DNA from: Squalus acanthias
Lineage: Eukaryota
Assembly: GCA_030390025.1 (NCBI GenBank)
Contig: CM059425.1
Span: 71,734,001 to 71,798,000, forward strand
DNA length: 64,000 bases
Direction of reading: 5' to 3'
A program made the translations under genes and the position numbers. The stretch's first letter is position 1. Every line of letters begins with the position of its first letter. A model generated the notes under the pieces. That model ran no database searches and was not told the DNA's origin. It worked only from the letters and a program-made list of their open reading frames with translations. Positions 62,153 to 64,000 of this stretch are shown here, one piece after another.

Positions 62153-63629
62153 CCGCCATCTGCTGGCGTTAACGGGAGGCGCGAAGGTACCAAATTCCCC
62201 CCCCCCCCCACCCCCACCCCCACCCCCAATATTCCCAACTGATTATCCATTCTTAAAGAAAAAGTGAACTAGTGGAATTGGTAGTGAACAGGTTCAATGC
62301 TGCCACACTGGTGCACAATACCTATATGCCAAAAATAATGTAGGCAGCAAGAACTGCTGCTCTCAGTATCAAAGTAAATTTCTGAGTTAAAACAGCCACA
62401 GCATAAAATCCATACTTTATATCAAAAATATGATTTGAAGAAGTAAAGATGTGTTGAGTATATATATTGGAGTTAAGTCCTTCTGTTTAATTTTACTGAA
62501 AAAGTTGGTGCAAAATGCAATTGTATACTCATCTTAGATAAAATTATTGAAGGGAGACATTTTACTCCTTCAGGTGGGTAAAATGCACTTCATGGCTAAG
62601 TTATGAATTGAGAAATTAGATGGCTGGGAGTGTCTGCACAATAGACTCACATCAAGGGGTTCAGATGATATCATAAACCTCAAGGATGATGCTTGTGCAG
62701 TTTATAACTGTTACCTTGACCCAACCCAGTTATCAGATTTTAAAGCTTCTGATGAAAGCCAGGAAACCATTCAACCCATCTTGCCTGTACTGGCTCTATA
62801 AAAGAGCTGGTCCCTATACTTTCGTCATACCTTTCTAAAGTTTATTGCAATGGTCAAAAAAAACTCATTTAAAACCAGTCTCATTTTTAAGTTTTCTATT
62901 CCATCATACTTCAATAAGTCGGTATTAATGAGCTCCAAGAAATAGTATCAGTAAAAGTTATGTTCCCCACCACCCCCCCCCCCCCCTTTTTTAAAACATC
63001 AGTGTCTTATGTTCTCCAAGCTCTCTGTGTGCAAACAGATAGCATGTCAGGAGATGCAGTTTAGCTGCCTTCCCCCCTCCCTTCCAGGCAAATTTGTTTT
63101 ATGTGGTTGCAATCTGCTCTACTGCCAGTCTCTAAAACCCTGAACCCTGCTCCTCGCCCAGAGGATTACAGTCCTCCCAACCATTGCAAACCGGAGGAAT
63201 CATCTCTTCTTCCCCCCCACCTACCTTTCCAAAAGACCACCATTGCTGAGGTGGGAGATTCTCGTGCCCATTGGTTGATATGTTACCTCTCTCTCTCTCT
63301 CTCTCTCTCTCTGTCACCCTGCTTCCCCTTTCCTCCCTATTTATGTGAACAGTGACATTCACAGGACTTTTCACTTTTGCAACTGCCTTCCCCCCCCCCC
63401 CCCCCCCCCCACAGTAAACCTCTTTAGGTAAAGGAAAGCACAGGAATAGAACAAATATTGCAGTGCCTGGATCAGTGCTTACTGATTTTATATTTCTTCG
63501 CTAATTTTTCTCCCCTTTTCTGAAGGTGTTGACTGATGTTGAGGTATAAGTGCCACAATCCTTTGGTACTTCAGTCAAGCACCCATTCTTCATCTGTGAG
63601 CCTTGACCGTGAGTGTTGACGGGCTATGC

Positions 63630-64000
63630 ATCAGCCTTGGCTCATAGGCAGCATTCTCACCTCTAGACAGAAGGCCATGAGTTCAAGCCCCATACCAGAG
63701 GTTCAAACATATCATTCAGGCTGACACTTCAGTGCATTACTGAGTGATTGCGGTACTGTCAGAGGTGTCATCTTTCAGATCAGATGCCAAACCAAGGTCC
63801 CAACTGCCCGCTTAGGGGGACCTTAAAAAATCCCATAGTACAACAACAATAGTACTATTCGAAGAAGAGCAGGGGAGTTCTCCCTAGCCAATATTTATCC
63901 CTCAACCAACAGCACCATAGAAAAGCAGATTATCTGGTTATTATCTTATTGCTGTTTGTTGGGTTTTGCTGTGCACAAATTGGCTGCTGCATTTTCCGAC
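63630..64000 (+). mobile_element. Deu-type tRNA SINE, runs off window edge
   Basis: Head tcagccttggctca, B box gagttcaagcc, shared core. Confidence 0.8.

Larger units (their letters stand above)
57738..62227. mobile_element. Near full-length PIF/Harbinger transposon (defective)
   Basis: Left end GGGCTAGAAATT, right end AAATT + expanded C-tract, TSD AAT (57735-37, 62228-30). Convergent Myb/SANT and transposase genes. Confidence 0.9.

Noticed and set aside
61535-62242. 235-aa Cys-rich repeat protein ORF
   Set aside because: Open only because the 39-bp unit lacks stops. It lies in a transposon subterminal region.

Overview
Vertebrate nuclear DNA. The repeat landscape (Deu-domain tRNA-SINEs, CR1, Penelope-like, Harbinger) points to a shark or other cartilaginous fish; this is an inference. 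The window lies inside one minus-strand gene, RASGRP1. Six coding exons are present (equivalent to human exons 3-8: 106, 63, 132, 154, 174, 117 nt), covering the REM and part of the CDC25 RasGEF domain. The exon 3/4 intron is a U12-type AT-AC intron. I found no exon 2 in 17932-64000, so that stretch appears to be one very large intron. The introns are packed with mobile elements: a Mag-like Gypsy LTR element with both LTRs, PBS and a 5-bp TSD; a solo LTR; three PIF/Harbinger elements (two with a convergent HARBI1-like transposase and a spliced Myb/SANT gene) plus derived MITEs; a 5'-truncated but otherwise open Penelope-like element (RT + GIY-YIG); many CR1/L2/Tx1 fragments; and about 8 DeuSINE copies. 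The most unusual signal is a set of short, TSD-flanked fold-back insertions made of two Penelope 3' ends joined back to back. In the best-preserved copies each arm carries a minimal hammerhead ribozyme motif (one per strand), from two distinct families, and in one family the inversion points cluster at the ribozyme. Family and homology calls come from motif recognition and memory, not database searches. Boundaries of degenerate repeats are approximate.
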